64,000 nt of DNA from Eledone cirrhosa (lineage: Eukaryota): positions 368,590,001 through 368,654,000 of the forward strand of contig OZ024740.1 in assembly GCA_964016885.1 (NCBI GenBank), in the 5' to 3' direction. Within the stretch, counting starts at the first letter, position 1; each line of letters starts with the position of its first letter. A model generated the notes under the pieces. The model worked only from the letters and a program-made list of their open reading frames with translations, was not told the DNA's origin and searched no databases. Shown piece by piece: positions 38,986-55,405 of this stretch. Both the position numbers and the translations under genes were made by a program.

Positions 38986-39252
38986 TATTCCATATAATGT
39001 TACTGGATCAAATGATTATAGATCATTATCGATCTTGTTCAGTTGAAGATAATTAACTTAGTTAAAATTGGAGCAGTTCATCGGAACTTCAAAAGAAATA
39101 TAAATTATGGTAAAGAAAGATGGTTACATGAATGTAATGTTCCATATATTGGTATTTGACTATGGTGTCCTGGTCTATCTATTGTCTGCCATAGGCGAGC
39201 AATATTCTTCTGTCTAGGCTGCGTTACGCGAGATCTGCCTATGGGTAACACC

Positions 39253-39305
<53 letters not shown>

Positions 39306-39308
<3 letters not shown>

Positions 39309-39555
39309 TCAGTGTCACAAGAAGCTTGCTTCTCAACGATATGTTTCCGGGTTCAGTCTCACTGCCCGGCCCGACCAAAGCCCTGTGAGTGGATTTGATA
39401 GACTGGAACTAAAAGAAGCCCGTCGTATATACGTATATATGTCTATGTGTGTCTTTGCGTTTGTGTTTGCCCTCTCACCAATATTGTTGGCTTGATGACG
39501 TCCCCATTACTTATCAAGGTGATGCTCCAGGATGGGATTAGTCCAGACACAGAAA
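39306..39555 (+). mobile_element. Internally deleted tRNA-derived SINE of a second family (octopus OR-like)
   Basis: tRNA-like head with GGGTTCAGTC B-box and GGCCCGACCAAAGCC.TGTGAGTGGATTTG..AAAGAAGCCCGTCGTATAT body, recognised from memory. Confidence 0.6.
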
Positions 39556-39567
39556 AAAAGTAAAGTG

Positions 39568-42843
<3,276 letters not shown>

Positions 42844-42909
42844 AAACGGGTCTCAAAGTCAAGGACGCAAAAGGGCTATTACGTCCTCCATTTATCACCA
42901 GTTATACTC

Positions 42910-43080
42910 ATTTCTACTATAGGCACAAGGTATGGCATTTTGGGTTTAGGGTCCCGTCGATCACATCTGTCCCAGTTAACAACTGGTACTTAATTTATCG
43001 GGGGAATTTGAACACAGAACGGATGAAGTACCGCTAAGCATTTCACCAGATGTGTTAACAATTCCACCAGCTCACCGCCT
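42910..43080 (-). mobile_element. Older OK-type SINE with internal deletion
   Basis: TTTCTACT.TAGGCACAAGG..CTGGTACTTAATTTATCG..GGAATTTGAAC.CAGAAC..ACCGCTAAGCATTTC..CCAGCTCACCGCC. Confidence 0.7.
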
Positions 43081-43255
43081 TATTTTCATTAGATATAATG
43101 CAATCTGAAATATTAGTTCTCCCACGAGCCATAGAAAAGTACTTCGCGGGACGCATGTTTGAACCCCCTGTTGGAGAGATAGATAGATAGATAGACGTGT
43201 ACCAAACACAGACACACATTTCTTATTCTCTATGTCTCTGCCGTCTTCTCTCTTC

Positions 43256-43302
<47 letters not shown>

Positions 43303-43309
<7 letters not shown>

Positions 43310-43722
43310 AGATCAAAAGATGGTTAAAGGAGTTCCATGTATTTTATTATGCGCATTTCAAAAACAAACATCATCATGCAATAATATTTGTGTTTACGTC
43401 AGATAAAACAGGAGAACATGATATGAAGGCTAAAAAACACTTGTGGATGGTGCAGTTTTAAATCAATATATGTTGATTTAAAACTACACTATCCACAAGT
43501 GTTTTTTAGCCTTCATATCATGTTCTCCTGTTTTATCTGATGAAAACACAAATATTATTGCATGATGATGTTTGTTTTTGAAATGCGCATAATAAAATAC
43601 ATGGAACTCCTTTAACCATCTTTTGATCTTATATTATGCATACTCCAGTCCTACAAACTGTAGAGTGCTTCTTATCCGATATCTGCATTGCTTTATTGTA
43701 CTACAATAAAACTCACCTCCTA
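43303..43722. mobile_element. Fold-back pLTR element (family F) with near-perfect 164-bp arms
   Basis: 43303-43466 is the reverse complement of 43473-43636; the plus arm extends to 43722; (TA)n flanks. Confidence 0.85.
43529..43599 (+). ncRNA. Type I hammerhead ribozyme (family F)
   Basis: tgttttat CTGATGA [long stem II] GAAA tgcgca TA ataaaata; the mirror copy on minus has core CTGACGT. Confidence 0.82.
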
Positions 43723-43732
43723 CATATATATA

Positions 43733-43793
<61 letters not shown>

Positions 43794-43798
<5 letters not shown>

Positions 43799-44325
43799 GG
43801 GCAATATTGGGCTGCGCTTTCTAGCAACCAGCCCACTCGCCGTAAGCAACTAATCACATTCTTTCTAACTTGACCACTGCTACGTCACGATTCTTAGCCA
43901 TTTTTGAATATATTTCTGGCGGCGATCGCTTTGGAAAATTAATTGACCTTGAGTTTGCCTTCTGATGAGTTCGATACTCGAGATTGATCCTTAATAGGAT
44001 ATCTCAAAACGCAAACGAAACCCAGGGTAGGGACATAATTACGATTAGAATGTACTCATTTATTCTAACTTTTAGTTTATACCTAATCGTGTATGATTGA
44101 CGGTATATTTTGTCAGTTTCTACATGCTGTTGAAATGTTGGGTAAATGTTCTGTTGCGGTCGGCCGAGAAGAGGCTACTGTAGTTTATTTATCAAATATT
44201 TCTTCATAGGAGCCTTTATTCTTATAGCCTGGTCTAATTGATTTTTTATATGGATAATTATGCTAATTGGGAGAGGAAATAGTGTATATACTTTATCATA
44301 TAATTCTATTGACATAATTTATGAT
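43794..44325 (+). mobile_element. Second family G HHR-bearing element
   Basis: Colinear with 7520-8045; (TA)n on both sides. Confidence 0.75.
43958..44032 (+). ncRNA. Type I hammerhead ribozyme (family G)
   Basis: cctt CTGATGA gtt...aac GAAA cccaggg TA ggg; inner stem gagat..atcct/aggat atctc. Confidence 0.72.
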
Positions 44326-44671
44326 ATATATATATATATATATAATTGAAATAATGGCGTGCTTCGTTGTTGAAAGTGTGATACATATGAATGGAAAATA
44401 GTGATATTCTGACTATCAACGATATTTCTTCACATTAAAGACCAGATACCTCAAAATCAGTGCGAGCAATAACTAAAATAAATTATTGGGACAGAGCGAA
44501 TTGGGTGGCGAAAGAGTAAACAAACAAAGTAGTAATGTAATATATATATATATAAATGGCATTGTTACTTGACGTTGTTGAAAAGAGCAGTGACCTTTGA
44601 CCCGGCAATAGAAACAAAGCACACACACACACAAGTTTGTGTGTGTGCCTGTATGTGGGTGTGTATCTATT

Positions 44672-44724
<53 letters not shown>

Positions 44725-46126
44725 GATACATATATTGTTTGCTCACTGTCACCAAGCATCTCAATTCATTCGTTGCAACTAAGTTTGTGATCGAGGTATT
44801 TTATTTTACAAGGAACTATTTTTCCCTTGAGTTTGTGATTCCAGAGAAAGGTAAGAAATTGTTCATATTTTGCATCTTTGGTATTGTGACTTTACAGTTT
44901 GAATTATAGAATTGTCTATCCACTCAAAATATTACAACAGGTAACAGTGAAATATAGAATTTGAAAAAAAGCTTTTTCGACTGAGATTAAGTCTTTGAGA
45001 ACATTCGCGTCTATTTTTCAAAAACATATAATTTGAAATAGTTTGCTTTTGTTTTGGATTGAAACTTTTTGTATTTAATTTGTACGATTATTTTTTAAAG
45101 ATTTGTTTAAAGATTCTGACATAACTTGATTTGGCCCAGTAATCTACTGAAATCAAAATCAGTAGTATATTGAAAAATGGAAAAATAGGGTAGGGTGTTT
45201 TTCGTGATTTCGAGGGTCAAAAGGGGGCGTTTGGCCGAAATAGGTTGAGAACATCTGATCTAGATAAACCTGCCGTAGCTAGTCAAACGAGAAACTGTGA
45301 CAGACGATCCAACGCACTCAGATATTTCTTCTTTTCATGATTTCATACCAACAAATATAAAGTTTCCTAAATTAGATGATATTTTAAACGTTTCCATACA
45401 TTGTTCAATCCAACAATGTGGTCGACCCCCACCAGCTTTTTTCATATTATATCCAAGCTATTGATAAATCCTTTCCCTCATTGTAGAAATCTTCAATTTG
45501 AATGTTATTGATGACGAGCTAATCTTTACAAACATAGGCACCAGGATTAAAACATTGGTCATCATTGATGAAGGTGCTATTTTATAAAAAATGTTACTGC
45601 TGTATTCGGTTAAAACAGATTTCTTACCTTACACACAGTCGTTAAGCAGGTTATAGGTAATGAGTTATTAATTTCATTTCTTTCTTCGTTTTGAGGGAAT
45701 AATAATGTAGCAACATGAAATAGTCAAGTGGGCAGCTTGTCTTGTTCTGGAATAATATTGTTTTAGGGTCTAGTTACTTGTTGACATATTTCCGAAAAGC
45801 CCCTTGACCAACAATTAGGAATTTTATACTTTTCTGGAGAATTAAATTTGCTTCGTTTTCTGAGGGGAGATGTTACAGCCTGTATCATGATTTCCATCCA
45901 TTTTACTTTCAATTGAGTTGAATCTGTTGAGAAATTATCTTATTTTTATTTTCTGCCAAAATGTTACTTAAACATTCTTGCACCCAATTTCATGGAAGAG
46001 ATTTTATTGGAATTTATGTTTTTCTTTTACTTTTGTAAACATGTTCTTTTTTTAACAATTTGGGGTTGCTGAAGAACACAGCGAGTCTGTGATAACTTGG
46101 TATTTGGGGAGCTTCAGCAGGGATGA

Positions 46127-46740
46127 TGTTCTTCTTCTTCTTCTTCTTCTTCTTCTTCTTCTTCTTCGCCGGTGTATTGTTGAGAGGGCCAGATTGGCTA
46201 GATCCGAAAGCAAGGCTAGACAATCTTATGAATGTTATTCAAAGATCTTGCTCTGGTTATAAAGATGCGTCGCCTGGCACTTGGTTTTGTCTGATTCTTT
46301 CCTGAGACATTCTAACCGCATGTTCATAGTATCAGAACTGTGATCTTTCAATTCGAAGAAATAGCGTCTCTACCTGGAGTGACTTTTTCGAGTAACCTCA
46401 CTCCAAAGACACTTCGTATATACCCCATTTCGCCCGCTTGTCTTGTGGATCCTACTCATTCGGTCATTACCCAAGATTTATGAAAAATAGATAACGTTTG
46501 GCACGAATACTGAATCGGAGGTAGCAAATTTGGCTTTTACAATTACCTCCCTTCTTCTGATTACCGAATGCTGAAGTTGGTGTATTACTATATTCTTGCA
46601 CTTAACTCAGTTTGAAGCCTCCACTCACTCGTGAACATGGCCTTGAGATACTTGTATTTCTCCACCTGCTTCAGTGGAACGTCATTCACATCTAGAGTGC
46701 ACTGCACAGGCTTCTTTGAACGGAGGAGGGCATCAGTTTT
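46127..46740 (-). mobile_element. RTE-clade LINE 3' fragment with (GAA)n tail
   Basis: CTLDVNDVPLKQVEKYKYL..FTSE..ELSARI; (TTC)n on plus at 46127-46167. Confidence 0.7.
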
Positions 46741-46742
46741 CG

Positions 46743-46843
46743 TGCACACTGTGAATTTATTTGTCCTAGGTGTCAGGAAGACACTCCGCATATATCACAG
46801 AAACAATAATGAAAGAAAATTAAAACTATAATAATAATAATAA
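46743..46843 (+). mobile_element. 3' UTR stub of a Dong element with (TAA)n tail
   Basis: Reverse complement of 48070-48154. Confidence 0.75.
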
Positions 46844-47367
46844 TCTAAACTATAATAAAGGAAGGTCTGCGGGACTGCGTACGGTTTATTTATTTTTACC
46901 CCGTTGGTAAAATAAGTTGGATTACTTTGAATAAATAATGAATGAATATTACATAATTTATCTACTAAATTTCGTAAACAAAAATAATTTCGTAACAATA
47001 AATAATTAAAAATTTACACTTCCGGTATATCCTTGCCACCACTTCAACTACCATATATATAGAAAGAGAGAGTGTGTGATATCAACACTTCCAGTGGTGA
47101 TCACTTAAATACACATACGAATTTGCTGTCACTAATTTCCTCCTAACGTAGTTTATATATAGTATCGTCTTATTTTAATGTATCATGGATTACGTTACTG
47201 ATTACATAAGACAGTGTAACAACGTCTTCGTTCAATTTCTGTTTATATTGTCAATTACGATTTTATTTGATGTATCATATCTACATGTATATATAATTGC
47301 GTATAATATCAATATACACATTACACATGCTAGCAGAAAACCACCCTTCGTGTGGTTTTTCTGCTAG
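46844..47367 (+). mobile_element. Non-autonomous Helitron-like element
   Basis: A|TC start, subterminal hairpin CCACCC-TTC-GTGTGG, CTAG|T end; splits a (TAA)n tract without a TSD. Confidence 0.6.
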
Positions 47368-47390
47368 TATTAATAATAATAATTATTATT

Positions 47391-47568
47391 ATTTCTACTT
47401 TTGACACAATGCCAGCAAATACCCAGTACATTACTGGTACTTTATTTTATCGACACCGTAAGGAAGAAAGGCAAAGTTAACCTCGACGGGATTTGAACTC
47501 AGACCATAAAGGGACGTAACTATGCTAGAAACAATGGCATCCAAACCTCTACCGATACAGCCAATCCA
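47391..47568 (-). mobile_element. tRNA-derived SINE (OK-like)
   Basis: Family match. Confidence 0.85.
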
Positions 47569-47594
47569 ATAATAATAATAATATATATATATTT

Positions 47595-47845
47595 TTTTAA
47601 TCTTGCTTTATATTCATACGAGTTATCACCAAGTCACAACCAGTGACCTTAAGAGACAACAAGTGTCCGCCATGTTCCAGAAAGAACTCACATACGCACA
47701 TATGTATTTTTAGGTGTTTAAACTTGTATTTATATGTATTTATATTGAGAGACACTTCCTTAGTATATGGGCAGTTCCCACTAGTACTATCTTTTGTATT
47801 TCTTCAATACGCGGGTTTCCTGGGATTTGGGGTAAGTTTCTTTTT
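47595..47845 (-). mobile_element. 3' end of another R4/Dong family
   Basis: NLPQIPGNPRIEEIQKIVLVGTAHILRKCLSI* plus 3' UTR; TAA-type flanks. Confidence 0.75.
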
Positions 47846-47869
47846 ATTATTATTACTATTATTAATATT

Positions 47870-48057
47870 GTGGATTGGCAGTAGCGGTAGAGGGTCGGAC
47901 GCCATGCTTTAACGCATAGAGTTACGGCCCTTGCCATTGTGAGTTCAAATCCCGCCGGGGTTAACTTTGCCTTTTATCCTTACGGGGTCAATAAAATAAA
48001 GTACCAGTAATGCACTGGGGTAATTACTGGCCTTGTGCCAAAAAATGAAACAATTAT
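47870..48057 (+). mobile_element. tRNA-derived SINE (OK-like)
   Basis: TGGCAGTAGCGG A-box, GAGTTCAAATCC B-box, family core. Confidence 0.88.
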
Positions 48058-48069
48058 TATTATTATTGT

Positions 48070-49620
48070 TATTTTAATTTTCTTTCATTATTGTTTCTGA
48101 GATATATGCCGAGTGTCTTCCTGACACCTAGGGCAAATACATTCACAGTGTGCATTGGTAAGCCAGTTAATACAGCACATTGATTATAATTTTTAAAAAA
48201 CAAACAGTATACACAAGTGCATATGTATATGTAAATACAATGAAGGATATCAATCTTACAGAGATAGTGCTCTTCTCAATACGTGTGCAGTACCAGTCAA
48301 AATAGTTGTTGGCACCTCTTGCAGAGAGGGTAAACCAGGAATCATTCGCAAATATTGTTCTGTTCCTTTATTGATCATTCCCAGTCCTCCCACAATCACT
48401 GGTATTGTAACGGCCTTGAGTTGCCACATGTTCTCAATTTCAATAAGCAGAAATTTATATTTTCGTAGCTTGTCAAATTCCTTTGCCGCAATATTGTGAT
48501 CACATAGGATGCTCATATCTATCAAAAACAGATCTTCTTATGTTGATCTTTTACAATGATGTCGGGTCTATTTGCTTTTATGGTCCTGTCAGTATGTACA
48601 GGAAAGTCCCAGAGAATTGTTACTTTATCTCCTTCAGTTACAGCCTCAGGATGATGATTGCACCACTTGCCTTCAGCTTTGATTTTGTAATGCCGAAATA
48701 TTACCCAGTGTTGATATTGACCAACTCGGTCATGTCTATATTTGTATTTTACTGGTGCTAAAACTTTACATCCAGAGACTAAGTGATCCACTGTTTCATG
48801 CAGAATCGGCACTTTGGGTTTATTCCGTTTCTCATCACATAGACCTGGTAATTACGAATCAATAAGCTTTGATCTTGGACAGATAAGATGTTGCCTTCAC
48901 TCTCCACCTTTAGCCCTGAATTATGTAGCCACTGATGTGTGTGTTTTTGGTTAACATCAGCTTGTTTGCTACGGGCCCCATATTTTCCATGCAGAGGTTT
49001 CTGCTCCCAATTTGATGCTAATTGTCCTTGCCCTTTTGCTTTTGCCAGTGATTTTATGTGCCTAGCAGCATCAGTTTCTTTAGTCTGTCCAGCCTGGGTA
49101 TCAAGTATGAGATCAGTAGCATATTTTCTGCCCTTCTTCAAGTGAGAATGAATCTTCTTACTTCTCTCATGCTTTTCAACAACTTTCAGCATACACTCGT
49201 AAGTTGTTTCAAGGTATTTGGCCAGTCCAATGATGGTGGTCTTGTAAGCAAGTTCAAACTGGATTAGGCCACGGCCTCCTTGAGTTCTAGGAAGGTAAAG
49301 ACGATCCACATCTGCTTTTGGGTGGTGCATCCTATTACAGGTCAGTAGCTTACGGACTTTGGTGTCGATTATTTTCATTTCACTCATATTCCAGTTCAAC
49401 ACACCGAAGCTATAAGTGACAACTGGGACTGCCAAGGAATTTATGACTAGCACCTTGTTACGAGCGTTTAGTTCTGATCTCAGAACTGCACGTACTCTCC
49501 TGTAATATTATTTCCTTATCCTCTCTTTCACACTTGCATGCTCTATGCCAGAGACCCCATTAATCCCTAAGAATGTATAGGTTTGTTCCATCTCAAGTTC
49601 CTTTATGATTGTTTCAGCAT
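48070..49620 (-). mobile_element. 5'-truncated R4/Dong-clade non-LTR retrotransposon (decayed)
   Basis: INSLAVPVVTYSFG, LYLPRTQGGRGL, QDQSL, CRFC..ETVDHLVSGC, YRHD, NRPDII (restriction-like endonuclease), GTAHVLRRAL; (TAA)n on both sides. Confidence 0.9.
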
Positions 49621-49644
49621 TATTATTATTATTATTATCATTAT

Positions 49645-51850
49645 TCTTTGAGTCACAGTCATTGATGTTATTTAACTGGAAAGTTTGTTGAAATGAATAT
49701 CAAGCCGCTACCTGCAGCCTCAGATATTCAGGACGTATCGGAGGGTTCTTGCTGTTCCCAGCAAGCATGCCGTTTGAAGTGTTCCAAAAAGCGGGGCTGA
49801 ACTAATCTACTTTAACCATACTTAGAAACTCTTTGAGATAGTACTTAGTACGCCTATGGCAATCGGGAGGTCCTTGATTTCATGGAAGTTCCAAATCCTT
49901 TTTCCTCCCATTTTACGTGCTTGTATCGGTTAATTTTCTCCCTCTACTTTTCTTGAACTCTCGTGTCAAATGGGCAGGCTCCATCTAAAATCAGTCACGA
50001 TCTTCTTTCCTTGTCCAAAACCACCAGGTCAGGCCTATTGTGTTCTAATTTCTTGTCCGTGTGTATCCTAAAATCTCATAGCGCCTTCACCTGATCGTTC
50101 TCTATCACCGACTCTGGCTATTGCTCATACCACTTTTCAGAATGTGGTAAATTGTTTACTTCGCATAGGTGCCAGTGGATCACCCTGTTCATCACATCAT
50201 GTCTCCAGCCTTTATAGTGAGTCTGAGCTAGGTGTTTACACTCGGTTACAATGTGAGACACAGTCTCCTCTCTCTCTGCACAGATCCTACACAGTGGGCT
50301 AGCCTCCTCCTTGTAAATATGGTGTTTCACCCACTTCGTTCTGAGGGTCTGCTCTTGCGTAGCCATTAGCATTCCTTCTGTAGGATTGTTAAGGTCTCCT
50401 CTTTTAAACCAACGCCATGTGTGTGGATCTCTAAATTCAGTTTTCTTAAAGAAGGAACTATGAAGGGATTTTCATGAAGGTTGCTCTTCCTCCTCGTTGT
50501 TATTTCCTCCTTGGACATCCCCTGGTCAATTGTCCTCTCCTTCAGTAAAATATGTCAGTCACGTATTTGTGCAGGTTGCTTTTCTCCATCTCAACACAGT
50601 CCTCTATGCTGATAAGACCACTTCCACCTTCAGATCACTTTAAGTAGAGTCCATCGACATCACTCCTCTTGTGGAACATGCTGTAGATAGTCAATAGCTT
50701 CCTAGTCTTCCTATCCATTTCTTTTCGTTCAGAAACATTCCATTTCAGAATTCCCGCACTGTACCTAATAATAGACACAGCTCCGAAATTCACTTCACTT
50801 ATGACATTCCAAATATTTAGATGTGATTTTAATACGCTCCTTACTCTCCTAATGTACTCAGATCTTATCAATTCCTTCATTTCTTTTGTTCTTGATGTCA
50901 TCCGGCTCCAGAACACCTAAGTATTTGTATCCTTCTTCAGTGTCAATTTCCTTTACCATCTCACCTGTTGGTACCCGGATTCCGTTGCTTCTGCTCAATT
51001 TACCCTCTACGTCACTAGGACTCCACACTTATTAATACCAAATTCCATACATATATCATTGCTGAAAATACGAACAGTGTCAACAAGTACATCCACCTCC
51101 TTCTCACTCTTCCCACAGAGTTTAAGATCGTCCATGAAGAGGAGGTGGTTGATGGTAAGCTCTCCTTTTCCCAACTTGTATCCTGCTCTCACTTTTCGCA
51201 CTATAATGGTCAGGGGTATAACGGCAAGGACAAACAGCAGAGGGAACAGAATATCTCCCTGGAAGATACCTCTCTTGATCTTCACCCCTCCCAAGGATTC
51301 TCTTAACTCTGTTTTCCAGGATTTCATACTTTTGCTCAACAACTGTCTGATGTTATCTGCCACCTTGAATATCTCTAGGCTTTTGGTTATCCAAGAATGA
51401 GGCGCCATGTCGAATATCTTTTTCCTATCTATCCATCCCATGACAAACCAGTGTGTCTCCTCTTGCAATTCCTCATTACCATCTTATCAATAAGTAACTG
51501 GTCTTTTGTACCACGGGACTTCTTTGTGCATTCTTTCTGTTCGTCCGGTAGCAAGTTGTTTATGTGGATGTGATGGTAGATTTTCTCAGACACAATGCTT
51601 GTTAACAGTTTCCACATTACGGACAGACATGTGATAGGTCTATATTTGGTAACATCATTACCCTTGATTCGGTTTTTCATTACCAGAACTGTGGTACCTT
51701 TTGTCAACCACTCTGGTACCTCACCCGACATCAAGCATTCATTGAACATGGTTGTCAGTTTCGGGTGCGGGGATGTTATATTGTTAATCCAATACACCTG
51801 CACACCATCTGGGCCTGGTGATTTCCAGTTGGTTAGCTTTTCTCAGAATG
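49645..51850 (-). mobile_element. Second 5'-truncated R4/Dong-clade element including the RT core (decayed)
   Basis: YRPITCL, GTKDQLLID, GIFQGD..PLLF, HLLFMDDLKL, MEFGINKC, CRIC..ETVSHIVTEC..RHD; (TAA)n flanks. Confidence 0.9.
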
Positions 51851-51883
51851 TGGTAAATTGTTTACTTATTATTATTATTATTA

Positions 51884-52066
51884 ATGGATTGGCAGTATCG
51901 GTAGAGGGTCGGACAACATGCTTTCCAGCATAGTTACGCCCCTTTACGATCTGAGTTCAAATCCCGCCGAGGTTGCTTTGCCTTTCATCCTTACGGGGTC
52001 GATAAAATAAAGTACCAGTAATGCACTGGATAATTGCTGGCCTTGTGCCTAAAGTAGAAACAGTTA
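51884..52066 (+). mobile_element. tRNA-derived SINE (OK-like)
   Basis: TGGCAGTATCGG A-box, GAGTTCAAATCC B-box, (ATT)n tail. Confidence 0.88.
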
Positions 52067-53399
52067 TTATTATTTTAATTTTATTATTATTGTTGTTGTT
52101 GTTATCATTATTATTGTTGTAGTTGTCAACATTAACTGTTTTACCATACGTAGAGCTAATATAGATGTGAACGAGAAACATATAATACATTTACGTCCTT
52201 CAGACAGTTACTAAAAGTAGTTATTTTTCTGTCTGTTTAAATAAGCAGTTGAAATATTTCGGTGAACGTTAAGTAAATTTATATAACGCCTGAAATACAA
52301 TGCCACCTCTTAGTTGGCTTGGCTAAAATAGATTATGAAACGTAAATTAAGCATTCAAGTACAGTGCTCCTATATTGATTATATTTTATTATTTTTATAA
52401 CCTTTGGCTTTTTTGGCCATACGCCATTATAAAGGAATTCTATCTAAGTGTTTCTGTAATTGCAGTTTTCTACGTTTCTTTATTTTTATTTCCCCAAAGA
52501 TCTTCATCTCATTTATCCAATTTTGGCTGTGAATAGCGTAATTTCCAGGTATAAACGGTGAGCAAACGACCGACACTACATTATTAAAAAATATAATTAT
52601 TATACTTTATTTGATAGCACATAAACAAAGAAAACATATTTCTGAGAAAACACTCAAGCTGTAACACACATAAAATTCGGTGGCAAAGGAAGGAGAATGA
52701 TCAGCATTGCTTTTATATAAAGTTCCTTTTAAATTATCATTCCTCAAGGAACGAGTGATATACAAAAATTCACTTCTAGGCACAAGGAAGTTATCGTAGC
52801 ATAAATGTTGTTAACCTCATTTCATACAATCAATACTGTTATTTATTAGAGTAAAAAAAGCTTAACTAATCAATTAAAACCAGTTAAACTAAATATAGTG
52901 TATCTCCTTCACATATGAACTACAGCCTCATTCTGAACCAGAAGCCCAGTCCATCTTACCTATAACTAATATATATATATATATGAAAAGGGAGTAAAGT
53001 TATATACAAAGCAAGGGTTATAAAGAAAGAGTGGTATTAGAAATAGCACCTAATATATATTTAAGGATCTGTTTTTCTTGTTTTCGTCTTTGATTCGGAT
53101 TGAAAACAATGCGAGTAACAATTCTTTTAAAAACAGGAATTTTATAATGTTTATGAAATATATAATATAACCTTTTTCCATGTATCACTGTAAACCATAT
53201 TATCAAATGTTGAATATTACAATTAAAAAGAATTAAGAATTTGAAATTTAAAATTAAGTGCCAAAGAAGTCTGTTCATCTTTCTTGTTACGAGTACTGGG
53301 CCTTAAATTGAATAGAAACTCACACACACACACATACACAAACAAATATACAACGATTCGTGCGACGCACGAAACTACAGGAACATTTCCATCTAACAC

Positions 53400-55405
53400 C
53401 ACCGGCACCGAACGCTCCAGACCCGTTTCTCGCCCTGGGCCGACGACCATCGTCTTAGACGCTGGCACCAGGGCGATTTAGCCCCCTGGACACGTTCGTT
53501 GACACATGCCGTAGCGCAGTAAATCGCTTCGACTTCCGCCACCGTTCCAAACGGAATAACATCTCACAGGGCGAACTCCTCGCTCTCCGCTCCCTCCGTA
53601 GCCGGGATGACATCGTCATCAAACCGGCGGACAAGGGAGGCGCCGTGGTGGTGTGGGGCGCTGATCCCTACACGACTCAAGCCCTCAGGCATCCGTAACC
53701 ACCTCTTCTACCGCCCTCTACCCTCTGACCCGACACCCCTCTACCAACAACAAGTTTACACCACAATCGAACACCTTGTCTCCTCCTCCCTCCCACCGCT
53801 TCCCACCTTATCGTCCACACCGCCTGCACCCCTACTATCTACTGCCTCCCCAAACTCCACAAACCTGACAACCCTCGCCGCCCCATCGTCTATGCTTGCA
53901 ACTGCCCCTCCGAACTCATCTCCGCATTTCTTGACTCCATCCTCGCCCCCCTCATCACCACCCTCCCCTCTCACAGCTGGGACACCAACCACGCCCTTCG
54001 CCTGTTCGACTCCTTCACTTTCCCAGCCGGCCCACATCCCCTCCTCATCACCCTAGATATCCAGTCCCTCTATACCGTCACCCGACCCCCCCCTCACGCC
54101 TACGGCCTACGTGGCCTCCGGCACAAACTCGCCCCTCCCGCATCCCCTCCAGCCCCACCCTCCTTCGCCTCGACGAGGTGGTACTCACCCTCAACTGCTT
54201 CTCCTTCTCGGGTGAGTTTTACTAATAGGTCACGGGGGTAGCCATGGGCATAAGAATGGGCCCTAACTATGCCAACCTTTTCGTTGGCCGTGTTGAGGCC
54301 CAAATCTTTGCTCAGTACACCGGCCCCACGCCCGAACTGTACGGTCGTTACATTGACGACTGCATCGGAGCCACGACCCTCACCCGAGAACAGCATAACT
54401 CCTTTCTCTCCTTCTTCTGCTCTTTCCAACCCTCCCTGCACTTCACCACAGCTATCTCCACCAACCACGTCCACTTCTTAGACATTTCCATCGCCATCGA
54501 CCCCTCCCACCGCTCCCTCGTCACCTCCGCCTTCTTCAAACCCACCGACTCCCACTCCTACCTCCACGCCACCTCCTCCCACCCATACACACACTAAACA
54601 CTCTATTCCCTACTCTCAACTCCTCCGGATGCGCCGCCTCTGCAGCCGAGATGCTGACTTTGAGTCCAAAGCCCTTTCCCTAGTCAGCCATTTCATCCGG
54701 CGAGCTTACCCAACGCCCACCCACTCCGTCCACACCTCCCTCACTCGCGCCCGGGCTGTCCACCACTCCACCGCTCTCAACCCACGCCACCGCACACCCA
54801 CCCAACGTCTCCCATTACCCACCACCTACCACCTCTCCACCCTACCCCTGAACCGCACCATCCTCCGCATCTTCCTCCGCCTCCAGCCCGACCCTCCACT
54901 TCCTCCATCTTCGCATCCCCACCCTCCCCTCCTACAAATGCACAAGCAATCTCCGCACCCTCCTCGTGCACAGCTCCCTACCTCCCAATCCACGCTCTTC
55001 TCCCCCCCCCCCCGGTTCACTTCCCTATTCCAAGGCTCGTTGCCACACCTGCCCCCGCATCACCAACACTACCACCGTCCATGGTCCCAACGGCCACTCT
55101 CTCTCTCTGCCCGGCACGCCTTCCGCTGCACCTCCTGCATCCTAGTCTATGTACTTCGCTGCACTGAGTACAGCGCAACCTACGTCGGACAGGTTGGACG
55201 TCGCCTGGCGGACCGTTTCACGGAACACCTCCGGGATATTCGTCTCGGCGGGTGTTCCCCGATCGCCCGCCACTTCGCTCCCCTGGACATTCCGCCCACC
55301 ACCTCACTGTATGTGGCCTACTTCAATGCCATAGAACACCCGCCACCCGCCTCACGATCGAACAACGCACAATCTTCACCCTCCAGACCACCCCTCGCGG
55401 CCTGA
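53400..55405 (+). pseudogene. PLE RT + GIY-YIG, multiply frameshifted
   Basis: IVIKPADKGGAVVVW, LPKLHK, LDIQSLYT, GVAMGIRMGPNYANLFVG, RYIDD, FLDISI, KPTDSHSYL..SSHP, VYVLRC..YVGQ.GRRLADRFTEH. Confidence 0.92.

Noticed and set aside
43140-45260. hAT/Charlie-like right termini at about 43145-43170 and 45225-45258
   Set aside because: No matching left termini or TSDs were found, so no element can be delimited.
53018-53310. Minus-strand ORF pieces as another GIY-YIG C-terminus
   Set aside because: Only vague similarity (TSLAL, RRKQEKQIL) with no catalytic motif; it would need a profile search.
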